Shown: positions 18,081-34,053 of the stretch, one piece after another
How the letters are laid out: each line of letters opens with the position of its first letter
Position numbering within the stretch: the stretch's first letter is position 1
Assembly: GCF_009914755.1 (NCBI RefSeq)
Contig: NC_060931.1
Strand: one strand, 5' to 3'
DNA length: 64,000 nucleotides
Source of the DNA: the human T2T-CHM13v2.0 reference genome, Homo sapiens
Position numbers and translations under genes: made by a program
The notes under the pieces: model-generated
What the model saw: only the letters and a program-made list of their open reading frames with translations
What the model was told of the DNA's origin: nothing
Database searches by the model: none

Positions 18081-18719
18081 TATTGTGTAATTTTCTATCA
18101 GACCTTCAAAGTATTTTTATTCTCTTTCTTGTATTTTAGTAGTTACAAATATTTTCTTGGTCATTACTGATTTTTATTCCCTATATTGTGGTGGAAATGT
18201 TTATTCTTATATATGGATTTTTGCATTTTCAGGTTAAAATCTTACTCGGTGAAATCTAATTTTTTTTTTCCAGAGTTAAGCACAAAAGGGGAAAGATCAG
18301 TCTATAATAGAATGATGTAGTGAAACCTTAGCAGAAAAATATCTGGCAGTAGAAACAGAGGTGCCTCTCTGAGAGCTAAAGGTTATGTTTTAACTCTAAG
18401 CTATTTATTCTCCATCACTAATGAAGTTGAAAAAGAACTTTTTAAAAGTACTTGCTATGTTTTTCAAATCAAATTATGTATATCTACATTAGTAAACATA
18501 GGCACATATAATACACAGATAAGTTACTTTATTTAATAGTTCCTTGCTATTGGAATATTGATTCAACGCATAATTTAAGTGTGTAATAAGATCTTAGTTT
18601 TGTCTCCTTTTTCCCAGATCCATTTTCTTCTAGTGAAACTAGAAAAATAGGACTTTCAGGACTTCCCCATCTCCATTCATCCATCCACTTTAAATCTTTA
18701 ATTTAACAATATTTTTAGT

Positions 18720-19740
18720 ATTATTTATTCATGAATTCATTTATATAACAAATATTTCTTATTTTCTCCTGCCTGATACTATGCTTATTTCTGGTGATAC
18801 AATAAGGAGAAACAGAGAATCCCTGTCTTCATGGAACTTGGAATCTATATAGGGAGACAGATGTTGTGATTGTCACTTAATCATAACCCATGTTATATTG
18901 TGATTAATGGTACAGAGGTGTTCGGTGGTTTGGCTGAGGAATCTGAAGTAGAACTGAGATGAATGGAGGTTAGTAAGGGAAAGAAAAGACAAGCATGTAA
19001 AAAGAAAAGTTAGAGGTATGAGAACAGCAAGGCTGAAACAGTGCAAGACGTGTGGCAGACAATGAGGATAAAAAGGTTGGGAGACTTCAAACCAGACAGG
19101 GCCTTACTAGCCACATTGTTTTTCAAGGTTTTTGTCCAACTGTTTTCCTCTTGATCCCATATAATAATGGAAAAACACTGAAGCAGTAGGCAATGTAGAA
19201 ACATTGCTTGACTTGTATTTTGAGGAGATCACTTAGCTGCACTTTTGGGAATACTGGAGAGACACTGAAGAGTTTATGGGAGAAGTAGTTCATGGGAGAG
19301 ATGATGGTATTTTCGACCAGGGTTATTACGGTGGAGAAACAAAGAAATGACTAGAATTAAGAGGTTAGTATTAGTAGGGAAAAATTGACTTTGTTGGTGA
19401 ATTGGAAAGGGTGGTGAGGGAAAAAAATGGTCAAAGATAACTGCTACTTAGATGGACAGTTACACACGTTAAAATATGTTACACTAAAAAGGGGGGATAC
19501 GATTGTCTTAAGTTTGGTTTTGAATATATAAATATATGTAAGTGTTATCAGCAATCCAAGAGGAGATGGCAAGTAGGCAGTTAGATGTGTCTTGAATTAG
19601 AAATATAAATTTCTGAGTTATGTGCATACAGAAGAAAATGAATCTTCATGTGTTAAATGAGATTGATTAGGGGAAAAAAATATACAATGAGGAGGAGGCC
19701 CAGGAGCTACCCTTGATTAACTCCAATATTAAATGGACAA
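18720..19740 (-). mobile_element. L2 (long fragment; continues ~20180-20540)
   Basis: ATTCATTTATATAACAAATATTT...CCCTGTCTTCATGGAACTT...GGAGATGGCAAGTAGGCAGTTAGAT, typical L2 series. Confidence 0.75.
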
Positions 19741-19749
19741 ATTTCAGCA

Positions 19750-20060
19750 TAAATCCGTGTTTTATTTGGCCCATAAAAGAAATGTTCTTGGAGGAATTGG
19801 CTGGTAGCATTTATATAATGGGAGATTACACATAAAATTCCACATTCCTAGCTTCTCTTGAAAACCAGAAGCTATGACCATATTGATCTGGTATTCTAAC
19901 TGAAACACAGGTGGCCAAAGTGGAGAAGCAGCTAACCTCCCTTAGATGCAGCATGCATTTTGCAGTTATTCACAATATCCACCACTCCCTACTCTCCATC
20001 ACCTCTCTGGGTGGGCTGCCATTTGTTGTCACAATTTGTGGTTTTCCAAAAGCCCAATTC
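19750..20060. mobile_element. hAT-Charlie DNA transposon remnant (MER102-like)
   Basis: GATTACACATAAAATTCCACATTCCTAGCTTCTCTTGAAAACCAGAAG...ACCACTCCCTA. Confidence 0.45.
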
Positions 20061-22469
20061 CATTACCTGTCTGCCCTGTTGCGTGTATTCAAATTTGTGG
20101 GGTCTGCATAGACTTTAAATTCTTCTAAAGTCTAGGCGGCAATAAATACCTGTAAACATACACTTATTGTATGCTGTGATAAGAACTCAAGTAGACACAT
20201 ACTGAAAGTCCTCGAGTAACAGAGGAGGGAGTCAATTGCTCTGCCTGGAAAAATAGAGGAAACCTAAGGAGGAGCGGTGTATTTTTCTCCAGCCCTGAAT
20301 GACATCTAAGATTACTTTTTGTTGGTTTTATTTTGCTTTATCTTAAGAGAGAAATGGGAATAAAATTCGGAGAAAATAAAATTTTATAAAGTCATAGATG
20401 TTCCCTGGGAGTCAATTAAAAATTTGCTGTATGGGAGAAGAGAGACCAAATTTGGGAAGAAGGTCAAGATGGATTCTGAGAGATAATTTATGACAGGATG
20501 AAATAGAAATCCCATCCTTTAAGCACTAGAGAGCCATGGGGAAAAAATAAAGTTGTGAAGTGACTCTCTGATGGGTAATCTTAGCCCTGTTATATCTGTT
20601 TACAAGATAAGGATGCATCTTCCATGTTTTTAATCATTTTATAGAGCCACCCACCTACTTTGTGTTGTGTGTTAAACACGAACTTGCTTCAGTTCAGATA
20701 CCAATAATTTGTTCCACACTTTTTGTCTTGATTCTTAGAAGCAGACTATTCATGTGGAACAGAACTTTCCTTAATCTAAAGGCCATTCATTCAAACCAAT
20801 AAACTTTCTTCTCCAGTTTAACTTCCAAGTTCAAAATTTTTTAGCCTCTAGAAACCAAATCTTTTCTATTTATCCAAACATCTACTCAAATAATTTTTAA
20901 AAATAAATTATTTAATTATATTGTAATAGTACATATTTAATATTTATAAAATAACTTATTTCTGTGAGATAATCAATATTTCTCCTAATTAACAAATTAA
21001 AATTCTAAGTAATTCAAAAACATTAGGCCCATTAACATATATCATTATTTTATTAAGACAAACTAATTTTAGCTTCTAAAAATAAGATGTAGACATTGAT
21101 AGAATGGGAAAATAAAATGTAATAGCACAAGGGCAAATGCCAGTTTTTGAATTATATATAGTGATGATTCATGGGCAGAACCATAAATCTTAAATAATAG
21201 AGCACATTTATCTTGAGAGATTGTCACGAGCATATGGAACCTGCAGGTGTTGCAGTGACTAATGACTACTCATAGACCAGAGTGAAATCCCAGCTTAATG
21301 TCTAGGTTCACGTATGTGTGTACACGATGAAAACTATATCATTAGAGCTTTTTGGTTTACTTTGTTTTTGTTTTTCACTAATTTGTAAGCTCCAGAAGAG
21401 AGAAAACTAGTGCTGAATAAATCAGATATCAAGTGATCCCTTTATTTAAAAGATATGTTTTCCAAAACATAGAATGGCCATGTTCCAAATTACAAGCCTG
21501 TGTGTATATGCCTCTGCGTGTGTGTATGTGTGTCTGCACACATTTGTGTGTATTTAAATGTACAGACAATAACCCTAGTAGTCTCTCGTGCCATTGTGGA
21601 CATTTGAACCAGTTTCTTTGTGGTAGTTTATTTTTAACATACAGAGGGGTTTTTTAAGGAATGCTTAACAAAATGAAGCTAGCTGGGTAAATAGAGAAAA
21701 GTACACAGGAAGATGTAATCTGACACAATATCTCCAGATTTGAGCTGGATGGCTGAGTTATTTTAGATATTAAACATAGAAGGTGAGGCCTAATATAGAG
21801 GTGCTGCTAATGAATTTTGAGGAACAGAACTAATTTAAATCCTTCCATCTCTGTAGTGCTCTTACATGGCTAGCAGAGAGAGCCCACATTTAAAAGCTGA
21901 TGCAGTATTTTTCCCTTCAGGAAGTTAGCTATAGGGTATATATTGACTACCTGAAACAACAGGGCTCAAACCAAAGTGAAAGGAAAAAAAAATCCCTGCT
22001 CAGAAGCAAGAGAGGAGAACCAACAGCGTGTGAAGATCCCTGCCGTGCTTTTCTGTTCTCTGTGAAACGGAACGTATAGAAAGCCGCCTGGTTTTTGTTT
22101 CATCAACTCCACTGGATCCCTCTTGCACAAAGCTTTCAATATCAGGACAGCCTTGGGGGACTTCACTTATAACAATTCCTTCAGGATCACTCTTCTTGCT
22201 AAACCAGTCAGGTTATTTTTAGGTCTTAAGAGCAAGGGTTCCAGGTGAGGAACAAAACAGACTGAAGGGTAGGACTGTGGGAAGATTTCAGATTCAGCCA
22301 CTGAACGCCCAGTAAATAGAGGCAATTATGTATAACCCCTCCTACATTTAATTTACTTTAAATATAGTTTTATGCATTTTACTTTAAAATAGAATAAATC
22401 TTCTGGAGTAGTTTTGTATGCAGAAAAAGAAAGAGGACAAATTTAGAAAACAATGACCCCTGACCCCAC

Positions 22470-22470
<1 letters not shown>

Positions 22471-22500
<30 letters not shown>
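22471..22500 (+). repeat. (A)30 homopolymer
   Basis: 30 consecutive A with no retroposon body upstream. Confidence 0.95.
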
Positions 22501-22501
<1 letters not shown>

Positions 22502-23093
22502 CCAAGATATTATAGTGGGTTGTAAGCCTCATATCTATCAGATTTAATTTTTTCTCCTAAGAGGAAGTCAGTTCTGACAGCCTAAGCCTAGATTATCTTT
22601 GGCCTTAGACCAAATTCTTCTATGTGTCTGCAATTTGATTCTTGTTGATTTATCCCAGGGGTTTTTTCCAGATGAATAATTAATTAGAGTCCATGTCAAT
22701 TTTCTATGGTCATTGAGTACTGTCAAAATCTTCCTAGAATACAACTTGTGATTTGTAAAATGTGAATTGTTACATATTCTATTCTCCTTGCAATTTTAAG
22801 GTTGTCTATATTCATGTGAGATTTGTCATTAAAAACTCAGTTGTCTAAGTATAACCCCTAATACACTTTCCATGTTCAAATCTCTTTTTTATCACTTCAG
22901 TACCTCAGGAAACTTGTATTGTAGCTTAAACAGTTTGGATTTTATTATTTTACTATGACTCAGTAACCACTTAGCACCCATGATACATTAGATTGTAAAA
23001 ATGTAGTTATTGTCTGCTTTTATAAAATTTAAAATTTTTATTTGATGGATACATTCTAGGAATTTTTTTTTTTTTTTTTTAACTAGGAAACAG

Positions 23094-23458
23094 TGACATA
23101 GTTTGGCTTTGTGTCTCCACCCAAATCTTATCTTGAATTGTAATCCCCAGGAGTTGAGGGAGGAACCTGATGGGAGGTGATTGGATTATGGGGACGGTTT
23201 CCCCCATGCTATTCTTGCGATAGTGAGTTCTCACAAGATCTGATGGTTTTATAAGTGTTTGGCAAGTTCCTCCTTCACTCTTCTCTCTGTCTTTCCTGCC
23301 GCCTTGTGAAGAAGTTGTCTGCTTCCCCTTCAGCATGATTGTGAGTTTCCTGAGGCCTCCCCAGCCATGCAGAGCTGTGAGTCAATTAAACCTATTTCCT
23401 TTATAAATTACCCAGTCTTGGGTATTTCTTTATAGCAGTGTGAGAACAGACTAATACA
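23094..23458 (+). mobile_element. MaLR solo LTR (THE1D/MSTA-like)
   Basis: TGACATAGTTTGGCT...AGACTAATACA; perfect TSD AACAG at 23089-23093 and 23459-23463. Confidence 0.92.
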
Positions 23459-24371
23459 AACAGCATATAAATAAATGATTGTATAAATAGTGAAATCAAA
23501 TAATTAGAAAATGGAGATACAAAACCCACTTATGATTCTTGTTCTAAAATACAAAGGATGATTCTACAACCTTCCTCAGTAATCTTAATAAATTTTTATC
23601 ATTTGTACATTAAGAATAATTGTAGTTGCAGCTAACATATTCTATATATTTTTAAAAAGTTTACTTCCCCAAAAAATCGTTTTTAAAAAGTCTTTTTGTT
23701 GAGTCTCATTTTTCAAATTATCTTTTATTTTGACTTTTGCAACACATTTAAAGTTTTAAATTCTTTCTTAGGTAAGAAACTGAAATCAATTTCATTAAGG
23801 GTTCAATCAGTTTGAATATGAAATGTTCTATAATTCATTTCATTCTTATCTCACAAACTTTTCCACTTTCATGTCATTGACAAACTGTATGTATAATATT
23901 ACTGACTTAGATTCAGTTAGCTCATCAAAATATGTAAAAATTCTTATGTGTTATTTATTATATTGTTTGGTTTTTCTTATATTGTTCTGTTTATTTCTCA
24001 AATGTACTAATATAGATGACAGTCATGTGACTAGATAAAATGTTGTAATATTTACTTGGAATTCACAACCCTCTACTCCCTATTCTCTTTTCCATTTTTC
24101 CTAGTCTGTAACATGTATTTTTCATTTTCCAACACTAATAAACATTGAAGACAAATGGATTTACTGTGCTTGTGTCCTAAATTCTATATATATGTGCTCC
24201 TTCTTCTCCACGGCTTTCTGCTCTTTTTCTTCTCATGTTTTCATCTAAGATAGCCTTTCCTTTCCTCAATATCATCTGTGAAGTTTTTACATCATCAACC
24301 TGAAGAAATATCTCCATATCTAAACTGTCATAGCAACTATTTGGTAAGTTAATTTGATCATTCTTTGATTA

Positions 24372-24806
<435 letters not shown>

Positions 24807-25801
24807 TTAATGAAACTTTCATTGTAATGAGTGAGACAGATCATAAAGCAAATACATAAATATGTAATTGAAAGGTGATAATAGAAATAAAGTAGATAAA
24901 GGTGATAGAAAGTGAGCTTTTATACGTGGTGGGGAGAGTTGCTTCTAGTGTCCATTTTTTTCCTCATGTTTTCTGTCAAGTTCTACCTTCCTAAATGCAG
25001 GATTATTTTGGATTGAATGCCAGATTACATATGAGGAGTGGTTTAAATAATTTGAGGCTCTGATTATAATCCAGTGACGGCTAGTCTGTTTTCATTCCAC
25101 TACTACTGAAAGACTAGGAGCGCTTTCAGGTTCTGGAAAAAAAGTCTCAAGTTTTGAACTCCAATTTTTCCTCCCCAGCCCTGTGGGGCAGCCAAGAGTT
25201 CTGCACAGTGGCACAGCATCCCAGCTACCTCTCGTGGAGTTAGTTGCCATGTGATGCCCACCATTGTTGGAAGTGGAATGAGCAGTGGATGAGGGGAGCT
25301 TTTAAATAGGGAGGTCAGAAAAGCCCTCTGACCTGTACGTGCTATACTAATGCAACTTGTTAGTTTTTAAGCAATTGCAGTGATCCGTGGGATCCTGATG
25401 GGGAGCTGCGGCTTCTTCAGCAAAGTCTTGATCTTTGAGAGGATGGTCATTTCTCACCTCTGCAGCATGGACTCTTTGCGGTCTGTTCAGGCTTTTTGGA
25501 CAGAGGTTATACGCAGTAACACCCATTGCACTTTGGGTTTCCCTCACTTTATCTGGTGCACCTGTTCGCAGTTGGAATCTATGTAAGGGGAGGTGAAAAC
25601 ATACCTGAACTTCCTCCTTTAGCCTGCTGTTTCCTTCCTCCTCCCACGATTCCCCAGAAGCCCAGAAGCAGAAGAGACAGACATTATTACTCTTCCCTGA
25701 AAGAATCTCCTATAACACAGAGCAGTCGGCTGTGTGCCTGAGGTATTGGGAGAGGACTGTGGAGGAATCCTTGGTGCTGGATCTTCTGACTTATTTAGTA
25801 A

Positions 25802-26215
<414 letters not shown>

Positions 26216-26579
26216 TAGAGATGGGAGACCACAGATAGAACCTTTTTTTAATGAAGGAAGTAAAAATACATCAATTTATTCTTTACATAATATTAATCCT
26301 GACAAACTAGAGAAATGTTCCTGCTGAATAATGTCCTCTTAAATGTGACTTCTTAGGTTGATCTGATTGTGACGTTTCTACTCAGGAAATTGTTTCACCA
26401 CTTAAATCCCAATAACCTATGTGAGAATGTTGTTTCAGCACCACCAAAGGTCAGTCAGAATGCAATAGTTTAAAATGAGTCATCATCTATTAAGTATTCT
26501 AGAGAGAAATGCTTATTACAACATTTACTTTTTAAAAAACTTTGATCCAAAAGATTTTGTCAAACCCCAGCAAGTATAA

Positions 26580-26913
<334 letters not shown>

Positions 26914-27284
26914 CGGAACAGGTGTCTTTTACTGACTGGTTTTGTTTCCTAGATTTGCACAAACCCTAGTACTATGTAACTCGGCAGAGTATTGATGTAG
27001 AAAGTAGACTCACCACATATTTTCTGCAGATTTTAATTACAACAACGTTTATCCCCTCTAGTGCAATATTAATCCCTATCTCCATCATCAAGTATTTATT
27101 GAGTTTAAACTCATGTAACTGCAAATGAGTGGGATAATAAAGCATACATAGACACGGGCATGGAATAGACTACAAGTATAATGGGCATTTGGGAACCTGG
27201 GCAGTGAGACTAGGGGGCTAATTGTTCTAGGTAATAAGGATCATAAAGTTCAATGATTCCTAGGAAAAGAGGCACTCTCTCCAT

Positions 27285-27690
27285 GTTATATTAAGTGCAT
27301 GGGCTTTGGAGAGAGACTGCTGGGATCAAATGCCATCTCTGTCATTTACTGGCTATGTGACTTTGGGCAAGTCACAAAAGATCCATTGTTACACTAGAGA
27401 TGCTGTCATAGTGGATAATGTCCTTGTAAATGTGACTCCTTAGGATTGATCTGATTATGCATCTCCACTCAGGAGATTTTTCTCACCAATTAAATCTTAA
27501 TAACTTCTGTGAAAATCTAGCTCCAGTGCAGACTTTTATTTCTTTAATTTCTCTACATCCCCCAGCTCTCTAAGTTATAAAATGGAGATAATGATAATGC
27601 TTTCCTTTTTGGGCTATCAGAAAGATAAAATGAATCATTGTTTGCAATGCATTTAGAACAGTGCCTGAAACACATTACATACTATATAAA
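27285..27690 (+). mobile_element. MIR interrupted by a ~170-bp non-MIR insert (27376-~27542)
   Basis: GGCTATGTGACTTTGGGCAAGTCAC | insert | TTTAATTTCTCT...ATAAAATGGAGATAATGATA...TTAGAACAGTGCCTG. Confidence 0.75.
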
Positions 27691-28954
27691 TACAAATCTA
27701 TGTATTCCCAGGAGCTGCCATTTTTCTACTAAAACCCCGGTATTGTATGAAACACTCTTTAATTCCATAGAGGACAAAGCAGAAGTAAGTGTTTGCAGGG
27801 CTAAAAAAAACTATGTACAGAATATATACAGTTTCCTTGACAATAAACAGCTATAGAAAGCTTATGGTCCTTATTGAAGGAATGCAAGCTTACTTAAATT
27901 CTGGCAGCGCTGAGACCTATGCATAGCTAGAGATAAAACAGACAAAAATTCTGAATACACCGTCCAGACTGCAAGCAATTGTCTCTCCAACTGACAGTAA
28001 ATGCCATGGCATAAAAAGCAAGTATTCTTATGCAGACAGAGCAGAAGATGATCCTCCTGGGACTTAGAAGAGGCCAGTAGGTGGTGCAGAGCTAAAAGAT
28101 GAAAGAAGGTTGAAATCTGAGTAGGAATATCACGAAGGGCTATGTGTTTTCACTGAACCCTCAGTACAAACCTTTCATAAATTAATACTGTAACCATACT
28201 ATGATATATTTCTGGTTTGCTTCATCTGTATTTACACACATAAACACACACACACACTGCTTATGTTAACTGCTTAAATGATTAAGTGTTTTTCATCTTA
28301 TAGAGTCCTTCAGTCACTTTTAGTAAATTCCTTTTGGATAACTAAACATTCAAGAGCAACTTCTTTTACCTAATGTTATAGACAGGTGCCTGAATTAGGA
28401 GAACCCGAAAATAGGCACTCCACATACACTTTATAAAATGATGCCTTCATGACAATGTTCCTCATGAGATTGCAAATGTTCATAGAAATTTTAAGGTATT
28501 GGGGGGAGTTTGTAAAAAGGAGTATACAGTGTTATTTGTACAGTTTTAATACTACATTTATTGCTCTGAAATAAAATTATAAAAAATATTTTTTTCTTGA
28601 GCATCTAAACATTTATTTTAAATTTGATTGTATTCATTAAACAATTATAAGTTGCTATGATTAAGTCTTCAAACCCCTTAGACAGTAGATAAACAAAAAT
28701 GATTTGTAAAACTTATTAAGTATATGTATATGCCTCTTCTTTAAAAATCAGCACAATGGGCTTATTACATTTCTTACTTTTTCCAGTACTGTTTTTGTAT
28801 TTTTCTGGTATCATTGCCACTCTTATTTTGAAAACCTCTTAGGGATTCAGTGATATCATCTTGATTTCTTCTGATGATTTCAGTGATGCATGCAGAGCCG
28901 CATCACACAAATAATACTTTCTCAGACTCTCTGAGGTTGTAGAGACTTAGCATA

Positions 28955-29090
28955 AGATCAGTAGATTATTTTGGAGTGACAAGAATGAGTTTGTGGTGAT
29001 GATTGCACAATTTTGTGAACATATGGAAAACCATTGAAATGTATACTTTAAATTGGTGAATTATATCTCAATAGAATTATGAAAAAAATA
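28955..29090 (+). mobile_element. L1MB/MC 3' end fragment
   Basis: GTGGTGATGATTGCACAATTTTGTGAA...AAAACCATTGAAATGTATACTTTAAA...GAATTATATCTCAATA. Confidence 0.7.
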
Positions 29091-29410
29091 GCCAATCAAT
29101 TCTTGGTTGCGTCTCCCAAGGGTATTCAAAATCTAGGCACTAATCATCATGTAACTTCCTTTTACTAGCCAAATTTTGGCTAGTTCTGTCAATATGGATT
29201 TTTAAGTCCACACCTTTCATATGTTTTATAACTTTGAGCCTGGTATCTTTCCCCCCAAAATGATTTTTTGAAAGTCTTATTTGGCCAGTGTATGGCATGT
29301 AGTTATAATTCCTTAGAGGATTTCAATTCATAGGATCATCAAAGGTTTGACCTTCTGGGAAATCAGGAAGGAATCTGAGTAGAGAGGCTCAAAGGAAGAT
29401 ACCTGTAGAA

Positions 29411-29942
29411 CAGGGGTCCCCAACCTCCAGGCCATGAACTCATACCGGTATGTGGCCTGTTAGGAATCGGGGTACACAGTAGAAGGTGAGCAGGGGGCAA
29501 GCGAGTGAAGCTTCATCAGTATTTACAGCCGCTCCTCATCACTGGCATTACCGCCTGAGCTCCACCTCCCACCAGATCAGCAGCAGCATTAGATTCCTAG
29601 AGCAGCACAAACCCTATTGTGAATTGTGCACGCAAGGGATCCAGGTTGTGCACTCCTTATGAGAATCTAATGCCTGATGATCTGTCATTGTCTCCCGTCA
29701 ACCCCAGATGGAACTGTCAAGTTGCAGGAAAACAAGCTCAGGGCTTCCACTGATTCTACATTATGGTGAGTTGTATAATTATTTCATTGTATATTATAAT
29801 GTAATAATAATACAAATAAAGTGCACAATAAGTGTAATGCACTTGAATCATCCTGAAAATATCCCCCATCCCAACCCTGCTCCATGAAAAAATTATCTTC
29901 TCAGAAACCAGTCCCTGGTGCCAAAAATGTTGGGGACTGTTG
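29411..29942 (+). mobile_element. MER1A (hAT-Charlie non-autonomous DNA transposon), full length
   Basis: TIRs CAGGGGTCCCCAAC / GTTGGGGACTGTTG; perfect 8-bp TSD CTGTAGAA at 29403-29410 and 29943-29950. Confidence 0.92.
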
Positions 29943-29957
29943 CTGTAGAATGTTTGG

Positions 29958-30170
29958 TAGTATAGTGGTCAGGTGCACTGTCCCTAGAGCCAAACTACCT
30001 AGAGTTAAATCCCAGCTGTGCATCCTGTTAATTGTGTGATCATGAGCACATTATACAACCTCTGTGTCTCAGTTTTCATTTGTGAAATGAGAATAATAAC
30101 AAAATCTAACTCACACAGTTATTAGAAGGATTGAATGCATTAGCATGCATAAAGCATGAGAACATAGTAA
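29958..30170 (+). mobile_element. MIR
   Basis: GTATAGTGGTCAG...AAATCCCAGCT...ACCTCTGTGTCTCAGTTTTCATTTGTGAAATGAG. Confidence 0.7.
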
Positions 30171-30672
30171 TTTGCCACTATTATGGTATTAGTAAGAACT
30201 TTATACTACTAATGATCATTATTTATTAATACACAATACCTTTCTACCCATCATCACTTTCTTGACTCTCCTTATAGTTGGTTACTTTTTGTGACCACCA
30301 GTATTAGTTCTTCCTGTTCTTGGTGTAGTGACTATTTCCCATGCACTATTTGATTTACTCATTGTTCTTTAGATTTAGGCTTGCATTAAACAGATTGAAA
30401 CATATTTATATGTGTATTTCTAAAACCGATATATAAAAGCACTATACACATAAAAATGAATGGTCCACTAAACTACATATTATAATGAATGTAAAAGCTA
30501 GTCATGTCTTATTTACCTTAGTTTTGTTTGACCATTCTGTTTCCACAAACTTTATAACTTCTCTTTTGAATATTACATGCCCATACCTTTTGTAGACTCA
30601 ATGTGTACCAGTTGTCATCTTCATTATGATCAACATTATCATTAGTATAATTTTATTGCTCTAATGATCAAA

Positions 30673-30914
30673 TTTGAAACTGGTTGGGGCAATGTGGCGA
30701 GACCCTGTCTCTACAAATAATAAAATAAAATAAAATAAAATAAAATAAAATAAAATAAAGTAAAATAAATTAGCTGGGCATGGTGGCATGTGCCTATAGT
30801 CCCAGCTACTTGGGAAGCTCAGGCAGAAGGATTTCTTGAGCCCAGGAGTTCGAGGCTACTGTAACCTATGATAACCCCACTGAATTTAAGCCTGGGCAAC
30901 AGGCTCTTTTTAAA
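30673..30914 (+). mobile_element. Partial AluJ with expanded (TAAAA)n linker (~30716-30768)
   Basis: GAGACCCTGTCTCTACAAA(TAAAA)n TTAGCTGGGCATGG...CTTGAGCCCAGGAGTTCGAGGCT. Confidence 0.85.
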
Positions 30915-31149
30915 GAGACGATGTCGTTATACGATAGCATCTAATCGTTATCAGTTTAAAGAAATCTCACATAAATTCAGAGCAAATCTAACTTTTAAAA
31001 GGTTTCCTCTGCAGCAATGTGCTTTTGTACCATTTCTAAAGAAAAACTGATTTGGTAAGATTATTACCACTATAAATATAGACATAAATGTAGAAAAATC
31101 TTTCTTAGTATACCAGTTTGGCAACAAATAATGTGGGAATTACATATCA

Positions 31150-31370
31150 GAAGTAGAAAACTGGGATCAAACAGATTTTAATTAAAATTCTGGCTCAGCA
31201 CCTACTGGCTCTATGACTCAGGGCAAGTTTACCTAATCTTTGTAAACTTTACTTTCAAAACAGAAACAACAACATCTGCCTCTTAGACTTATTGTGAGGA
31301 TTACATGAAATAACATTTAAAATGACAGTGAACAAGGCTAGCACTTGCCATCTATGGACGTTATTAAATA
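31150..31370 (+). mobile_element. MIR
   Basis: TCTGGCTCAGCACCTACTGGCTCTATGACTCAGGGCAAGTT...TTATTGTGAGGATTACATGA. Confidence 0.65.
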
Positions 31371-31618
31371 CTTTTTATTTATGAATGTATTATATGATTC
31401 TATAAAGTCCTTCTTCCCTGCTTAGAGTAACAGTATCATTATAGGTAAAATTCTTTCCCTCGAGTGTAGTGAACTGTGATAGTCCCCAAGATCTGGCATT
31501 TTTGGAAGCTTATTACGGGGACTACAAGTGGTAGTAGTGGAAGAGAGTTAAGAGAGCTCCAGACAGATCTCAGGTGATAGCTACTCTCTCTTACAGAAAA
31601 ATCTCTTGATGTGAATTT

Positions 31619-31966
<348 letters not shown>

Positions 31967-32131
31967 TAAACAGAGTGGAAAAGACACATGGGATTATTTG
32001 GGCTAATATATATGGCTTATATGTTCAAGATAAAGCCTTGAACATATAAGAATAATAAAATATTTTCATTATCTCATTTAATCTTTTCAAAATTTAGGTT
32101 AATAATTTCTTGTCTAAATTTATTGACGTTT

Positions 32132-32464
<333 letters not shown>

Positions 32465-33380
32465 CTAAATTTATTGACTTTTAATAAGATGTTGCTATGT
32501 GAGTTAATTTACGTAAAGCACTTTAATGATATTAATAAAAGACATTAATTTTTTTGTATGGTTCAGCTGGGCCCTCAAGAACTGCTATGAATCTTGGTTT
32601 GGGGGAAATATTTACTAAACAATAATGGCTCCCATTTAGTGTCACAATAAAGGGTACTTGAGGTTTGAGAATTTCTTCCTAAAAATGTGGTGTTAAACAT
32701 TAGGTGCTGGCGCCCCTTAGCGTACACATGGATTATTACAGCTACATTGATATTCACCTTTGTCTTTGGTACTTTGAATGTGAATAAACCTCCAAAGATC
32801 TGTGAGAAAATATGCTAATATAGAAATCCCCAAAATATATGTGTTAAGAATAACCTCTACACCACTGCCTCCTTTGTGATCGTTTTAATAATCCTTATGC
32901 TGTTTCCATATTGTTAGATATCTCCTATTCAGAGAGCACAATAGATTCAATTTAGGTCTTGATGCCATATTTTCCGGTTACTGTTGTGCAATGTGGGTAA
33001 ACTATGATAAAATAGGTTGTCCTTGGTGTCCAAATCTGGCCTAGATTCCTAGATTGCCCTAGGTAAGGCCATCATCATTTTAAATTGGTTTCTTATTCAA
33101 AATAGGCACTGTCCTGCTGTAGGTTGAGAATATTCTATTGTGCATTTCTTATTTAAAAAAAAAAATCAAAGTTTGATTCACTGTGAATGGTAATGAAAAA
33201 ACTAGATTAAGGAGAAAATGTAGAAATTTGTCATTGCTCCTATATTTTGCAGTTAACAGTTTATTAGAAACTTATTTAGCTAAGGAAATGTTTTCATCAG
33301 TTATCTCAAATTCAATGCTAAGTTCTTGTTATTCTGATTTTTCTTGCATTCTTCATATTGTTCCTTATAGTTTTTATTAA

Positions 33381-34053
<673 letters not shown>

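Noticed and set aside
25347-25741. GC-richer unique-looking segment with short ORFs on both strands
   Set aside because: No recognisable protein similarity or convincing splice structure; may be an old LTR remnant
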